From Draconibacterium sp. (GTDB taxonomy: Bacteria; Bacteroidota; Bacteroidia; Bacteroidales; Prolixibacteraceae), in NCBI GenBank assembly GCA_011620585.1, contig WOYV01000111.1, positions 81,544 through 145,543 of the forward strand: a stretch of 64,000 nt of DNA, given 5' to 3'. The translations under genes and the position numbers were made by a program. A model generated the notes under the pieces. That model did not search any database. It saw nothing but the letters and a program-made list of their open reading frames with translations, and was not told where the DNA came from. Below are positions 46,425 through 56,103 of this stretch, in pieces. The stretch's first letter is position 1, and the number at the start of each line of letters is the position of its first letter.

Positions 46425-49400
46425 ATGAAAAAATTTTCTTCGACATGCCTGAAAAGCAATAAATTGCTTTCCGGCAAAAACAGACTTCTCAGTATTCTGG
46501 GATTGTTAATCTTAATCTTATTTCCAGCGTTTATTTCTTCTGTAAACGCGGAAGAACTAGCTCGTTCTGAATCTAAATTTGAAGCTATTCAACAAAGTAC
46601 TGTAACAGGTACGGTTACCGATGAAAAGGGACTTCCGGTTCCGGGAGTTTCTGTTTTTGAAAAAGGGACCACAAACGGCGCTGTTACCGATTTGGAGGGG
46701 CGTTACTCAATAAGAGTTTCAGGAAATGCCCCGGTTTTAGTTTTCTCTTTTGTGGGGATGGTAACCCGCGAAATTGAAGTATCGGGACAAGCAGTAATTG
46801 ACGTAACTATGACAGAAGATTCGATTAATCTTTCAGAAGTAGTTGCAATTGGTTACTCTGTTCAGAAGAAAAAAGACCTAACCGGGGCGGTATCAACAGT
46901 TAAAGTCGATGAGCTTTTAAAGGAACCGGTAGCAGGCGTCGATCAAATGATGCAGGGACATATGGCAGGTGTTAATGTCGTTAGCGATAACAGCCCCGGA
47001 GGGGGTGTTGCTGTCCGTGTCCGGGGTTACAGTACTATACGTAACAACGATCCTCTTTATATTATTGATGGGGTACCGGTAGAATCAGGGATTAACCTCA
47101 TTAACCCAAATGACATCGAGTCGTTACAAATCCTGAAAGATGCATCTTCAGCCTCTATTTATGGCGCGCGCGCTGCCAACGGTGTAGTAATTATCACTAC
47201 TAAAAAAGGACAAAAAGGCGAGCCCAAACTTCATTTTGATGCTTATACCGGGATACAGGGCGCAGCCAAAAAACTGGAAACTTTAAATGCCCAGGAATAT
47301 GGTGATTTATTGTGGCAGGCTCACTTTAACGATGGGAAAACACCATCGAGCGACATTTACGGAACCGGTCCCACGGCCGTTATTCCCGCTTATCTGGATG
47401 CAAACCAACGTGTTCCTTCTGATGATGTAAATTGGGTAGACGAAATTATGCAAAGTGCCATTGTCCAGTCGTATAATTTGAGTTTATCGAAGGGAAGTGA
47501 TAATTCGAACCAAACATTTTCGCTGGGTTATTTCGATCAGGAAGGGATTATAAAATATACCGATTTTAAAAGGATATCTGCTCGCTTTAACTCGGAATAC
47601 AAATTTTTCGACCGTTTGGCAATCGGTGAGAATATTTCCGTTTCCCACAGTTGGTCGAACCAAACAACTACAAACCATGCTTTGAGCAGTGTTGTTTATG
47701 CCGCGTACAAATACCCTTCAGTTGCGCCCGTGCACGATTTGGATGGAAATTTTGCAGGTGCTTTTATAAACGACATAGGCAACCCAATTGCAAGTCTTTA
47801 CTATAATCAGGACGATACACGCAAACGGTTGAAAATATTTGGCAATGCATATGCTGAACTGGAAATAATAGACGGATTAAAAGCAAAATCGAACTTTGGT
47901 ATCGATTATGGGGATTACTACTTTAGAAATTTTAATCCAAAATACGAGGAAACAGGTGTGCAGAATCCAAATACAATTAGTACGCTTTCAACTACGAACA
48001 GTAAATCCTTTACATGGATTTGGACAAATACCTTGAACTACTCAAAAATAATCGACAAACACAAAATTGATGCCTTTGCAGGAATGGAGGCAATTGAAAC
48101 CAATTACGAAGTATTCTCGGCCAGCCGCGAGGGTTTTGCTTATGAAGATGAGAATTTCCGTTACCTGGATGCCGGTAATTCAGGTTCTCAAAAGAACTCC
48201 GGAACCGGTTCGAAATCGTCACTGGTATCATATTTTGCAAAAGTCGATTATGTTTTTGGTGATCGTTACCTGTTTGCATTTACATTCCGTCGCGACGGTT
48301 CTTCAAAACTGGGGAATAATAAATGGGGTAATTTCCCGGCATTGTCGGCCGGTTGGAGAGTAAGTGAAGAAGAATTTTTTAATACAGATAAGATAAGTAA
48401 TCTTAAGGTACGTTTTGGCTGGGGGCAAAATGGCAACCAGGATGTACCGCCTTATGCGACAATTGAAAGTTACTATTCCAACGTTAGCCATTCGAATTAT
48501 GCGATTGATGGCTCTCAGGCTTCTGTTTACACCGGATATTCACAAACGCGTAACGGAAACCCGGATCTGAAATGGGAAACATCGACACAAACCAACATTG
48601 GTTTGGATTTAGGTTTTATGGATAATCGTTTCACCATTACAGCCGACTATTTTTTCAAACATACAAAAGACCTGTTACTGGAACGTCCGCTTCCTCCAAT
48701 TGCCGGGGGTTCTATTCAAACAGTTTGGGATAATGTAGGTGAAATGGACAACAAAGGTTTCGAGCTGGTTTTTGATTACCAGGGCAAGCGCCGGGGTGAT
48801 TTCTCGTGGAGCGCCAATTTAAACCTGTCGCATGTGAAAAACGAACTGACCAATTTGCCGGATGATATCAATTTTATTGCCATGCCAAGTTCGTACCTGC
48901 ACAGTGTAAACTTCGACCAGGAAACTTCGCGTTCGGTAGTTGGCCAACCCATTGCTTCGTTTTATGGGTATAAAAGTCTTGGAATTTTCCAAAATCAGGC
49001 CGAGATAGATGCCTATAAACTTCAGCCAAATGCAAAACCGGGTGATTTGAAATTTGAAGACGTTTCGGGAAATGGCACACTTGATGGCGAAGACCGTACT
49101 TTTATTGGGAGCCCACACCCGGACCTGACTTTGGGCTTGAACCTTGGGTTTAATTATAAGAACTTTGATGTACAGGCATTTTTTAACGGAAGCATCGGCA
49201 ACGATATTTATGACCTGACCCGCTATTATGGTGACTTTTTCAACCTTTCGGCCTACAACAAATTTAGCCGTACACTCGATGCCTGGAGCGAAAGCAATAC
49301 AGGTTCTTCCATTCCGCGTCTCTCGCTTGATGACCCTAATAACAATATCCGCCCATCTTCATACTATGTTTCTAAAGGTTCGTATGTGCGATTAAAGACT

Positions 49401-49631
49401 TTGACAATCGGATACAATTTTGCTGATTTGGCTAAGAAAATTCATGGGAGCAACCTTAGAGTTTATGTTCAGGCTCAGAACTTATTCACCATCACCGGAT
49501 ACGAAGGGATGGATCCGGAAGTAGGACTTCAAAGCTACAGCTCTGACTCACGTAACCTTGATATTGGCGTCGACCGTGGTTTGTACCCGGTATCCCGAAC
49601 ATTTATGGTGGGTGTAAATATTGGGTTCTAA
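46425..49631 (+). CDS. susC: SusC/RagA family TonB-linked outer membrane protein (second copy)
   Basis: ATG at 46425 (MKKFSS). Carboxypeptidase-regulatory-like domain VTGTVTDEKGLPVPGVSVFEKGTTNGAVTDLEGRYSI, plug SSASIYGARAANGVVIITTKKG and a barrel ending VGVNIGF. No STN domain. Confidence 0.95.
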   Translation: MKKFSSTCLKSNKLLSGKNRLLSILGLLILILFPAFISSVNAEELARSESKFEAIQQSTVTGTVTDEKGLPVPGVSVFEKGTTNGAVTDLEGRYSIRVSGNAPVLVFSFVGMVTREIEVSGQAVIDVTMTEDSINLSEVVAIGYSVQKKKDLTGAVSTVKVDELLKEPVAGVDQMMQGHMAGVNVVSDNSPGGGVAVRVRGYSTIRNNDPLYIIDGVPVESGINLINPNDIESLQILKDASSASIYGARAANGVVIITTKKGQKGEPKLHFDAYTGIQGAAKKLETLNAQEYGDLLWQAHFNDGKTPSSDIYGTGPTAVIPAYLDANQRVPSDDVNWVDEIMQSAIVQSYNLSLSKGSDNSNQTFSLGYFDQEGIIKYTDFKRISARFNSEYKFFDRLAIGENISVSHSWSNQTTTNHALSSVVYAAYKYPSVAPVHDLDGNFAGAFINDIGNPIASLYYNQDDTRKRLKIFGNAYAELEIIDGLKAKSNFGIDYGDYYFRNFNPKYEETGVQNPNTISTLSTTNSKSFTWIWTNTLNYSKIIDKHKIDAFAGMEAIETNYEVFSASREGFAYEDENFRYLDAGNSGSQKNSGTGSKSSLVSYFAKVDYVFGDRYLFAFTFRRDGSSKLGNNKWGNFPALSAGWRVSEEEFFNTDKISNLKVRFGWGQNGNQDVPPYATIESYYSNVSHSNYAIDGSQASVYTGYSQTRNGNPDLKWETSTQTNIGLDLGFMDNRFTITADYFFKHTKDLLLERPLPPIAGGSIQTVWDNVGEMDNKGFELVFDYQGKRRGDFSWSANLNLSHVKNELTNLPDDINFIAMPSSYLHSVNFDQETSRSVVGQPIASFYGYKSLGIFQNQAEIDAYKLQPNAKPGDLKFEDVSGNGTLDGEDRTFIGSPHPDLTLGLNLGFNYKNFDVQAFFNGSIGNDIYDLTRYYGDFFNLSAYNKFSRTLDAWSESNTGSSIPRLSLDDPNNNIRPSSYYVSKGSYVRLKTLTIGYNFADLAKKIHGSNLRVYVQAQNLFTITGYEGMDPEVGLQSYSSDSRNLDIGVDRGLYPVSRTFMVGVNIGF

Positions 49632-49661
49632 TTATTCTTAAACGATTAAAATTTACAAGAA

Positions 49662-51305
49662 ATGAAAAAGATTCTATATATATTTTTACTATCGCTTGTG
49701 TTTGCAAGCTGTTCAGAAGATTTTCTGAAAGAAAGCCCGGTGGGCGAATTAACCTCGGAACAAATTCTTACGGCTGATAATTTCGAGAGCGCAGTGGTTT
49801 CAGCCTATGCGGTATTAAACGGGCAGTTTGATGAAGCGTCGAACGCCTTTAACTCGCCGGCATCGAACTGGAATTTTGGCGACGTAGTTTCTGATGATGC
49901 ATACAAAGGAGGTGGCGGTACCGGCGACCAAAACCAGATTCACCTAATGGAAATTTTTGCAACTGACCCTACAGTGATGGACATCGAGAGAAAATGGCTG
50001 GCTTTATACGAAGGTATCCGTCGTGCTAATCTGGCAATTCGTTTGTTGAATGAATCTGCAGACATTGATGCAACCCTAAAAGCACAGCGTATTGCAGAAA
50101 TGCGTTTTCTGCGTGGGCATTATCATTTTGAGGCCAAGAAAATCTATGGAAATATTTGTTGGGTGGATGAAACAGTTGATACCAAAGAAAAGTTCTACCA
50201 GGTTTCGAATACCGATTTGACAAGCGACCAGCAGTGGTCAAAAATTGAAGAGGATTTTACGGCAGCCTACAATGTTTTGCCAAGCTCGCAGGAAGATGCA
50301 GGCCGTCCAACCAAAATGGCTGCCAAAGCCTATCTGGCTAAGTGCTATATTTTCGAAGAAAAATGGAGCGAAGCTGCAAGTGCTGCAACAGAAGTAATTA
50401 CTTCGGGGAAGTACCAGCTGCAACCCAATTTCAGTGATGTTTTTCTTCCAGAAAACGATAATGGACAGGAAATCATCTTTGCCGTTCAGCAAAGTATCAA
50501 CGATGGTTCACCCAGTAACTACAATGGTAGTATTGGCGACCGTTTAATGCCTCCCGGCGGGCCTTATGCTTCTTACGGGTTTCTCCGCCCAAGCCAGGAC
50601 CTGGTAAATGCTTTCCGTACCAACGCAAGCGGGTTACCCACTTTTGATAATGTAATGGTTACTGAAAGCGACAATCTTGATCCACGAATCGATCATACCC
50701 TGGCACGTCCGGGAATTCCTTATCTCGACCTTGGCCTTTATGATTGGACTCCACGTGAAGCCACCGTTTATGGCCCTTACAGCCCGAAAAAGAGGATGAT
50801 TTCGAAAAATTCACCTTACTTTTTAACGGTGTGGCCTTACGTTAGCGCACTCAATTATTACATCATCCGTTATGCTGATTTATTACTTTGGAAGGCTGAG
50901 GCTGAAATTCAGTTGGGTAATCTTAACGAAGGGATGATATATGTAAACATGGTTCGTGAACGTGCCAAAAACAGTCAATATGTTCAAAAACTGGATGGGT
51001 CGGGAGATGCCGCAAACTACCTGATAAATACTTATACTTCGTTTGCGGATAAAACAGAAGCATTAAACGCTCTACAGATGGAACGCCGTCTGGAGTTTGC
51101 TCAGGAAGGTCATCGCTTCTTTGACCTGGTTCGCTGGGGTATCGCTGCTGATGTAATGAACAGTTATTTTGAATCGGAAAAAGTATTGCGCTCGCATTTA
51201 ACAAACGCACACTTCATAGCTGGAAAGAACGAGTATCAACCGATACCGCAAAGCCAGATGGACCTTAGTCAGGGCAATATGGAACAAAATCCGAATTACA
51301 ACTAA
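49662..51305 (+). CDS. susD: SusD/RagB family nutrient-binding lipoprotein (second copy)
   Basis: Lipoprotein signal LVFASCSED. SusD-like blocks (RFLRGHYHFEAKKIYG, IIRYADLLLWKAEAEIQLGN, ERRLEFAQEGHRFFDLVRWG). Confidence 0.9.
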   Translation: MKKILYIFLLSLVFASCSEDFLKESPVGELTSEQILTADNFESAVVSAYAVLNGQFDEASNAFNSPASNWNFGDVVSDDAYKGGGGTGDQNQIHLMEIFATDPTVMDIERKWLALYEGIRRANLAIRLLNESADIDATLKAQRIAEMRFLRGHYHFEAKKIYGNICWVDETVDTKEKFYQVSNTDLTSDQQWSKIEEDFTAAYNVLPSSQEDAGRPTKMAAKAYLAKCYIFEEKWSEAASAATEVITSGKYQLQPNFSDVFLPENDNGQEIIFAVQQSINDGSPSNYNGSIGDRLMPPGGPYASYGFLRPSQDLVNAFRTNASGLPTFDNVMVTESDNLDPRIDHTLARPGIPYLDLGLYDWTPREATVYGPYSPKKRMISKNSPYFLTVWPYVSALNYYIIRYADLLLWKAEAEIQLGNLNEGMIYVNMVRERAKNSQYVQKLDGSGDAANYLINTYTSFADKTEALNALQMERRLEFAQEGHRFFDLVRWGIAADVMNSYFESEKVLRSHLTNAHFIAGKNEYQPIPQSQMDLSQGNMEQNPNYN

Positions 51306-51310
51306 ATAAA

Positions 51311-51338
51311 AAAGCCGGGATTTATTCCCGGCTTTTTT
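51311..51338 (+). terminator. Rho-independent terminator after susD-2
   Basis: AAAGCCGGGA / TCCCGGCTTT stem, TTTAT loop and a T6 tract. Confidence 0.8.
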
Positions 51339-51373
51339 CATTTCCATTCCCTTTAATCAATGATTATCCATCA

Positions 51374-52079
51374 ATGAAACGAGTAATTAGCCTGGCAGTA
51401 ACAACAATTTTATTGCTTTCTGTTTTTGTGTCTTGTGTTGTTGATTCAACAAGAATTAGCAATCCAGTTTATCCGGCTATCGATTCGGTAAGTTATGATG
51501 TGCGTAGCAATTATTATAAGGGCATTGTCAACATTCTGGGCCTAAATGTGATGGACGGTTTCAAGGATCAATCCTTATTTTTTGAACCTCCGCTCGCGTT
51601 TGCACTCTGGCTGATGGAAATCAACAAGCGGGATGAGGCAGCGCGTTTTGAACCTATGGAATATGGTGAAAACGCGGCTGCTGTGCAACAGGTGTCACGA
51701 ATAAACTGGGAAAAATATCCTTATTCGGTGATCCTGGTACCTGGGCACGGACCGGAAGAAAAAGGAATTGATGAATACATACGAAATTCCTGAATCTGCT
51801 CTGATCATTGAACCACATGCACGCCATACAACCACAAATTTCAGGAATGCAGCCCGACTGATTTTTAAATATAAGATTCCCATAGATAAAAAAGCTTTGT
51901 GCACAACCACGCTCGACCAGAGTTTTTACATCACGCACTCGTATTTTAGCCAACGGTGTGAACAGGAGTTGGGATATATCCCATATCAACTCGGTAATCG
52001 GTTGAATCGGAATGATGTGGAGTTTTATCCTCTTCCGGAATCGTGTACGCTTGATACGCACGATCCGCTCGATCCTTGA
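51374..52079 (+). pseudogene. DUF218 (YdcF/ElyC/SanA-like) lipoprotein gene split by a frameshift
   Basis: ORF 51374-51793 (lipoprotein-like SVFVSCVVD ... YSVILVPGHGPEEKG) and ORF 51768-52079 in another frame (...YEIPESALIIEPHARHTTTNFRNAARLI...) overlap at an A5 run (51759-51763). Removing one A joins them as PEEKELMNTYEIPES. The family call is from the (G)IPESAIIxExxSxxTxxN-like block only. Confidence 0.45.
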
Positions 52080-52226
52080 TCTGTTTTAATAACCATTTTT
52101 GTTAAAAGAGAAGAACAGGAATGGGGTTGTGCCAATATTTCTGCCTGTTGTTTTCACGGTTTTTTTATTGGATAGTTAATCTACTGCTCTGTCGGCATAA
52201 TAATTTCACGCATTAAGAAAATTATG

Positions 52227-52234
52227 TAACTTTG
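52227..52234 (+). promoter_or_regulatory. Bacteroidota -7 box (TAnnTTTG) upstream of mdh
   Basis: TAACTTTG lies 70 nt upstream of the mdh ATG. Confidence 0.45.
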
Positions 52235-52303
52235 CATTCCTTAAAAACAATTTGATTGTTAATTGTTTAATAGAAAGGATTTCTAATAATAAAACAAAGC
52301 AAA

Positions 52304-53239
52304 ATGAAAGTAACTGTAGTTGGAGCGGGTAATGTAGGCGCCACCTGCGCTCAGATCGTAGCTGAAAAAAACATTGTACAGGAAGTTGTCCTTTTGGATA
52401 TTAAAGAAGGCATTTCGGAAGGCAAAGCCCTTGATTTGTGGCAAACAGCGCCCATTAACTGGTACGATTCACGCGTTACCGGTTCAACAAACGATTATTC
52501 AAAAACAGCTAATTCCGACGTGGTTGTTATTACTTCTGGTGTTCCGCGTAAACCCGGAATGAGCCGCGACGACCTGATCTCGATTAACGCAGGAATTGTA
52601 AAAAGTGTAACCGAAAACATAGTGAAATACTCGCCGAACGCGAAAATCATTATTGTTTCGAATCCACTCGACGTAATGACTTATGTTGCGTATGTTGCTT
52701 CAAAAATGCCAAAAACACAGGTAATGGGTATGGCCGGAATCCTTGATACCGCCCGTTATCGTGCTTTCCTTGCCGAAGCCTTGAATGTATCGCCACGCGA
52801 CATTTCAGCATTGCTGATGGGTGGACACGGCGATACCATGGTCCCGCTGCCACGTTATACAACTGTTGCCGGTATTCCGGTAACCGAACTCATTGATGAA
52901 GAAAAGCTGGAAGCCATTGTTGACCGCACCAAAAAAGGCGGGGGCGAGCTTGTAAACCTGATGGGAACTTCGGCTTGGTATGCCCCGGGATCGGCTGCAG
53001 CTCAAATGGTTGAAGCCATTATTCTCGACCAAAAACGTATTTTCCCCTGCTGTGTTAAACTCGAAGGCGAATACGGGTTGAGCGATATTTTTGTTGGAGT
53101 TCCGGTAAAACTTGGGAAAAATGGTGTCGAACAAGTGATCGAAGTGAAGTTGAACGATGCCGAAATGGAATTGCTGAAGGGCTCTGCACATGCTGTAAAA
53201 AGCGTGATGGATGTTGTTGATGGAATGAATATTTTGTAA
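52304..53239 (+). CDS. mdh: Malate dehydrogenase (LDH-like MDH)
   Basis: [39 protein letters not shown] and GGHGDTMVP. 311 aa. Confidence 0.95.
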   Translation: MKVTVVGAGNVGATCAQIVAEKNIVQEVVLLDIKEGISEGKALDLWQTAPINWYDSRVTGSTNDYSKTANSDVVVITSGVPRKPGMSRDDLISINAGIVKSVTENIVKYSPNAKIIIVSNPLDVMTYVAYVASKMPKTQVMGMAGILDTARYRAFLAEALNVSPRDISALLMGGHGDTMVPLPRYTTVAGIPVTELIDEEKLEAIVDRTKKGGGELVNLMGTSAWYAPGSAAAQMVEAIILDQKRIFPCCVKLEGEYGLSDIFVGVPVKLGKNGVEQVIEVKLNDAEMELLKGSAHAVKSVMDVVDGMNIL

Positions 53240-53261
53240 GAAAAAATCATACACAAAATAG

Positions 53262-53293
53262 AACGGTTGATTCGAAAGAATCAGCCGTTTTTT
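53262..53293 (+). terminator. Rho-independent terminator after mdh
   Basis: AACGGTTGATTC GAAA GAATCAGCCGTT stem-loop with one G-U pair, followed by a T-tract. Confidence 0.8.
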
Positions 53294-53328
53294 GTTTCTT
53301 TATGTTCGAATTGACTCACGCACAAAGT

Positions 53329-53967
53329 ATGCGAAACCAAATTTTAATACTGCTCATTTTTCAGTTTCTTGTGTTGTCTTTTTGTTCAGCACAAAACGAA
53401 AACACGGCATTCGAATTAAAACGGGGCGACATTCTGGTTCGGCCTAACAACAACTGGCTGCCTGGAACTGAGTTTGTTCAGAATGGCAATAATTTCGGAC
53501 ATGCGGTAATTGTATTAAAGGGAGCCGTTGGCCGCAGCGTGGAAGAGGCGCTTTCAAAATCAGAAATTTTTGAATCGAACTCGCGCGATGTCCCCGATGA
53601 ATTTCAACTCCGAAAAGTGGCTGCCTACGCTCCTGGCGACGACTTCCGGTACTCAAACGATTCGTTTGGAAGCAAATATGCCGGGAAAAGATATCGCTTG
53701 CGATCGCCACTTTCAGAAGCTCAGATCGACTCGGTTTTGAATTACATCGTTGCACAGGATGAGGATGTATCAAGTTGGCGGGCCCAAAAAAATACCAGCA
53801 ATGTTTCGGTCGACAAACATTACTGGTACTGTAGCCTGCTTATTTACCAGGCTTTTAAAGATGTACTGGATATTGATCTGGATACAAACGGTGGGCTTAT
53901 TGTTTTCCCAAACGATTTAATCAATCATCCACTTTTCGATGGCAAATCAGGCCGGATGGTTTTCTAA
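53329..53967 (+). CDS. Secreted YiiX/DUF830-like permuted papain-fold (NlpC/P60 superfamily) putative hydrolase
   Basis: Signal peptide from MRNQILILLIFQFLVLSFCSAQ; an alternative ATG at 53302 abuts the mdh terminator. LKRGDILV, His block NFGHAVIVLKG, Cys block HYWYCSLLIYQAFKD and VFPNDL match the YiiX pattern as I remember it. Confidence 0.5.
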   Translation: MRNQILILLIFQFLVLSFCSAQNENTAFELKRGDILVRPNNNWLPGTEFVQNGNNFGHAVIVLKGAVGRSVEEALSKSEIFESNSRDVPDEFQLRKVAAYAPGDDFRYSNDSFGSKYAGKRYRLRSPLSEAQIDSVLNYIVAQDEDVSSWRAQKNTSNVSVDKHYWYCSLLIYQAFKDVLDIDLDTNGGLIVFPNDLINHPLFDGKSGRMVF

Positions 53968-54570
53968 TCAGTCGGCGGCGTTGGTGGAGTAACCGCTAAC
54001 TTTTACCGTAGTATTGTCGGTTTTGGTTACTGTGGCCGAAATAAAACCAAACTTGTGGTTAAACTGCCAAACGATTTTTTTTACTTCGCCCTCGTTGTCC
54101 CCAACCATGGTTCCGGCCGGAATGGTTTCTTCAACGTCTACCGTTTTAACCAGCCAGAATCCATATTCCACATCGTCTTCGGTACTTTTCCGAACAACTT
54201 CCCGGGTTACTTTCTGGTTGCCCACGTTAAATTCCCATTTGTCGCCAACATTGGCATCAAATTTTACCAGCGTAAACGGCTTGCTTTTATCGCCGTTGCT
54301 GTATACGTAGTCGTAAATTCCCTGGTCGGTAATTTTACCTTCAACAGGGTAGGAAGTTCCTTGGAAGACGAGTGTGCCCACCACGTTTCCGTTATCGTTC
54401 GAACTGATAGTGAAGCGTCCATCCTGGTATCCAGGTGCTCCGGCATTCCAATAATTCCCTACTTTGCCCATTGTTTGTTCAGGGTCGGTAATTTCATCGT
54501 CTTCGCTGCAGGCAAAACCTACAAAAAGAATCAGTGCGCTAAATAACGCGGTTTTTAGTTTAGAATTCAT
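53968..54570 (-). CDS. Hypothetical lipoprotein (200 aa)
   Basis: Lipobox LFVGFACSEDD. Beta-rich sequence with no family I recognise. Confidence 0.6.
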   Translation of the reverse strand: MNSKLKTALFSALILFVGFACSEDDEITDPEQTMGKVGNYWNAGAPGYQDGRFTISSNDNGNVVGTLVFQGTSYPVEGKITDQGIYDYVYSNGDKSKPFTLVKFDANVGDKWEFNVGNQKVTREVVRKSTEDDVEYGFWLVKTVDVEETIPAGTMVGDNEGEVKKIVWQFNHKFGFISATVTKTDNTTVKVSGYSTNAAD

Positions 54571-54588
54571 GATACTTGCATTTAAATA

Positions 54589-55554
54589 TTAGTATTTCAG
54601 GTTCATTAATTTGTCGAAAACAGGTAAAAACTCTCCGATCTGCTTAGTGCTTTTATCCTTGAAGCGGACAAAGAAATCGTTAAGTTCGTTATTTTCTGTG
54701 CCTTCAAGAATCACATCGCCAATCCGGCCTTTGCGTTTTTCGAAGAGAAAAACTTTTGAATGACTGTTAAAGGATGCAGTATAATCTTCAGCCGTAGGAT
54801 CGATCGAAGCATAATCAACTTCTCCTTTGATTTCGTGATCGAACAGTTGCTGGTTAATATCGATGGTTTTCAGGAAATAGCTTTGCCGGCTGTATCCAAT
54901 TGTACAATCCAACCGCGTGTCGATCAAAGTTTTCATTAAATGGTTAAAAGAGAAGGTTAGCGAAAGTGTTCCGTTTTCACCACTTTTGGTACGCAGATAA
55001 TTACTGTTCATTGTATATTCTTTGCCCTTCATTTTTAGTTCGATTTTTTTGGGCATTCCATCCGCAAGTTCAGCCAGGTAGTCAAGCTTCCAGATTTCAT
55101 GGTCATCTTCTTTCATCTGAATTTTAACTGAAGTTGGAAAAGCTTCACCCGAACTAACTTTCGCGCTATTAAAATCACTCACTATAAATTGTAACAAATG
55201 CTTGCCGGTGCTGTCGGGCAGAATGATAATTTGTTCGGAGTGGCCGGTCAAATCAAATTTTTTATCGAGAGAATTCCACTTATAGATTCCTTTCATTTCA
55301 TCGAAGTGAAAGTTCTTAACACTAATAAAGCTGTTCGAATTTTTATAAAAAGGAATTGGCGCTTCGCGGTTTTCGAGCAAAAATGCCCACACTTTCATTT
55401 CGGTACTTTCCGACATACGATTCCCAAAATTGACCAGGTCACTGTTCAATACCTTCAGCGAACGTTCTGCATCCTCCTTGTTCATGCTCCCGGGTGTGCA
55501 CGAATAGAAGAGCAATAGCACGAAATACCATATTATATGGTTGTGGGATCTCAT
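54589..55554 (-). CDS. Hypothetical lipoprotein (~321 aa)
   Basis: Start taken at MRSHNHIIWYFVLLLFYSCTPG (ATG at 55554). Lipobox FYSC. No family I recognise. 18 nt upstream of the previous lipoprotein gene, so probably co-transcribed. Confidence 0.6.
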   Translation of the reverse strand: MRSHNHIIWYFVLLLFYSCTPGSMNKEDAERSLKVLNSDLVNFGNRMSESTEMKVWAFLLENREAPIPFYKNSNSFISVKNFHFDEMKGIYKWNSLDKKFDLTGHSEQIIILPDSTGKHLLQFIVSDFNSAKVSSGEAFPTSVKIQMKEDDHEIWKLDYLAELADGMPKKIELKMKGKEYTMNSNYLRTKSGENGTLSLTFSFNHLMKTLIDTRLDCTIGYSRQSYFLKTIDINQQLFDHEIKGEVDYASIDPTAEDYTASFNSHSKVFLFEKRKGRIGDVILEGTENNELNDFFVRFKDKSTKQIGEFLPVFDKLMNLKY

Positions 55555-55677
55555 TTCGAGGCCGTTGATTTTTGTACGAATATACAATTTTGTGCCGACT
55601 AAAGTTATGTTATTAAACCAGAATAAAAATAGTTTTTACATTTACAGCTTCCACATATTTTGTGCTACTTTTACGGC

Positions 55678-56103
55678 ATGTTGGCTAAAATTTCCATCGA
55701 AATATTAGAACTTGAGCAAAACAATTATCACCTTTTGGTTCCCTCGGTTTTCGAAAATGGGGAAGAAGGGAAATGGGTAATTGATACCGGCGCTTCGAAA
55801 TCGGTTTTCGACCAAAATCTGGAAGGATATTACCAAACTTTGGATGGCTTGCCCGACGAATTACACTCGGCTGGTTTTCATGACGAACCGATTACAAGTT
55901 CAAGCGCTGTACTTAAAACCTTCTCGCTTGGTAAATTCAGGATTGAAGGAATGAAGGTTGCTTTAATTGACCTTTCGCACATTAATAGCTTGTATTCAAA
56001 ATCAACCCGTATAAAAATTTGCGGGTTATTGGGCAGCGATTTTCTGTTGGAATATAAAGCAGAAATTGACTATCGGGGAAAGAGGCTCGTATTACGAAAA
56101 TAG
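55678..56103 (+). CDS. Retropepsin-like (clan AA) aspartic protease domain protein
   Basis: ATG at 55678. Catalytic WVIDTGASKSVFD (DTG) and C-terminal ICGLLGSDFLLEYKAEIDY, typical of single-lobe bacterial retropepsin-like proteins. 141 aa. Confidence 0.7.
   Translation: MLAKISIEILELEQNNYHLLVPSVFENGEEGKWVIDTGASKSVFDQNLEGYYQTLDGLPDELHSAGFHDEPITSSSAVLKTFSLGKFRIEGMKVALIDLSHINSLYSKSTRIKICGLLGSDFLLEYKAEIDYRGKRLVLRK

Noticed and set aside
52805-53254. 149-aa and 84-aa minus-strand ORFs over the mdh 3' half
   Set aside because: They are antisense to an unambiguous malate dehydrogenase gene.
54014-54546. 163-aa and 98-aa plus-strand ORFs antisense to the 200-aa lipoprotein gene
   Set aside because: The minus-strand ORF has a proper lipobox and start context. 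The plus-strand ORFs have neither. Confidence in this choice is moderate only, because neither strand has a family hit.
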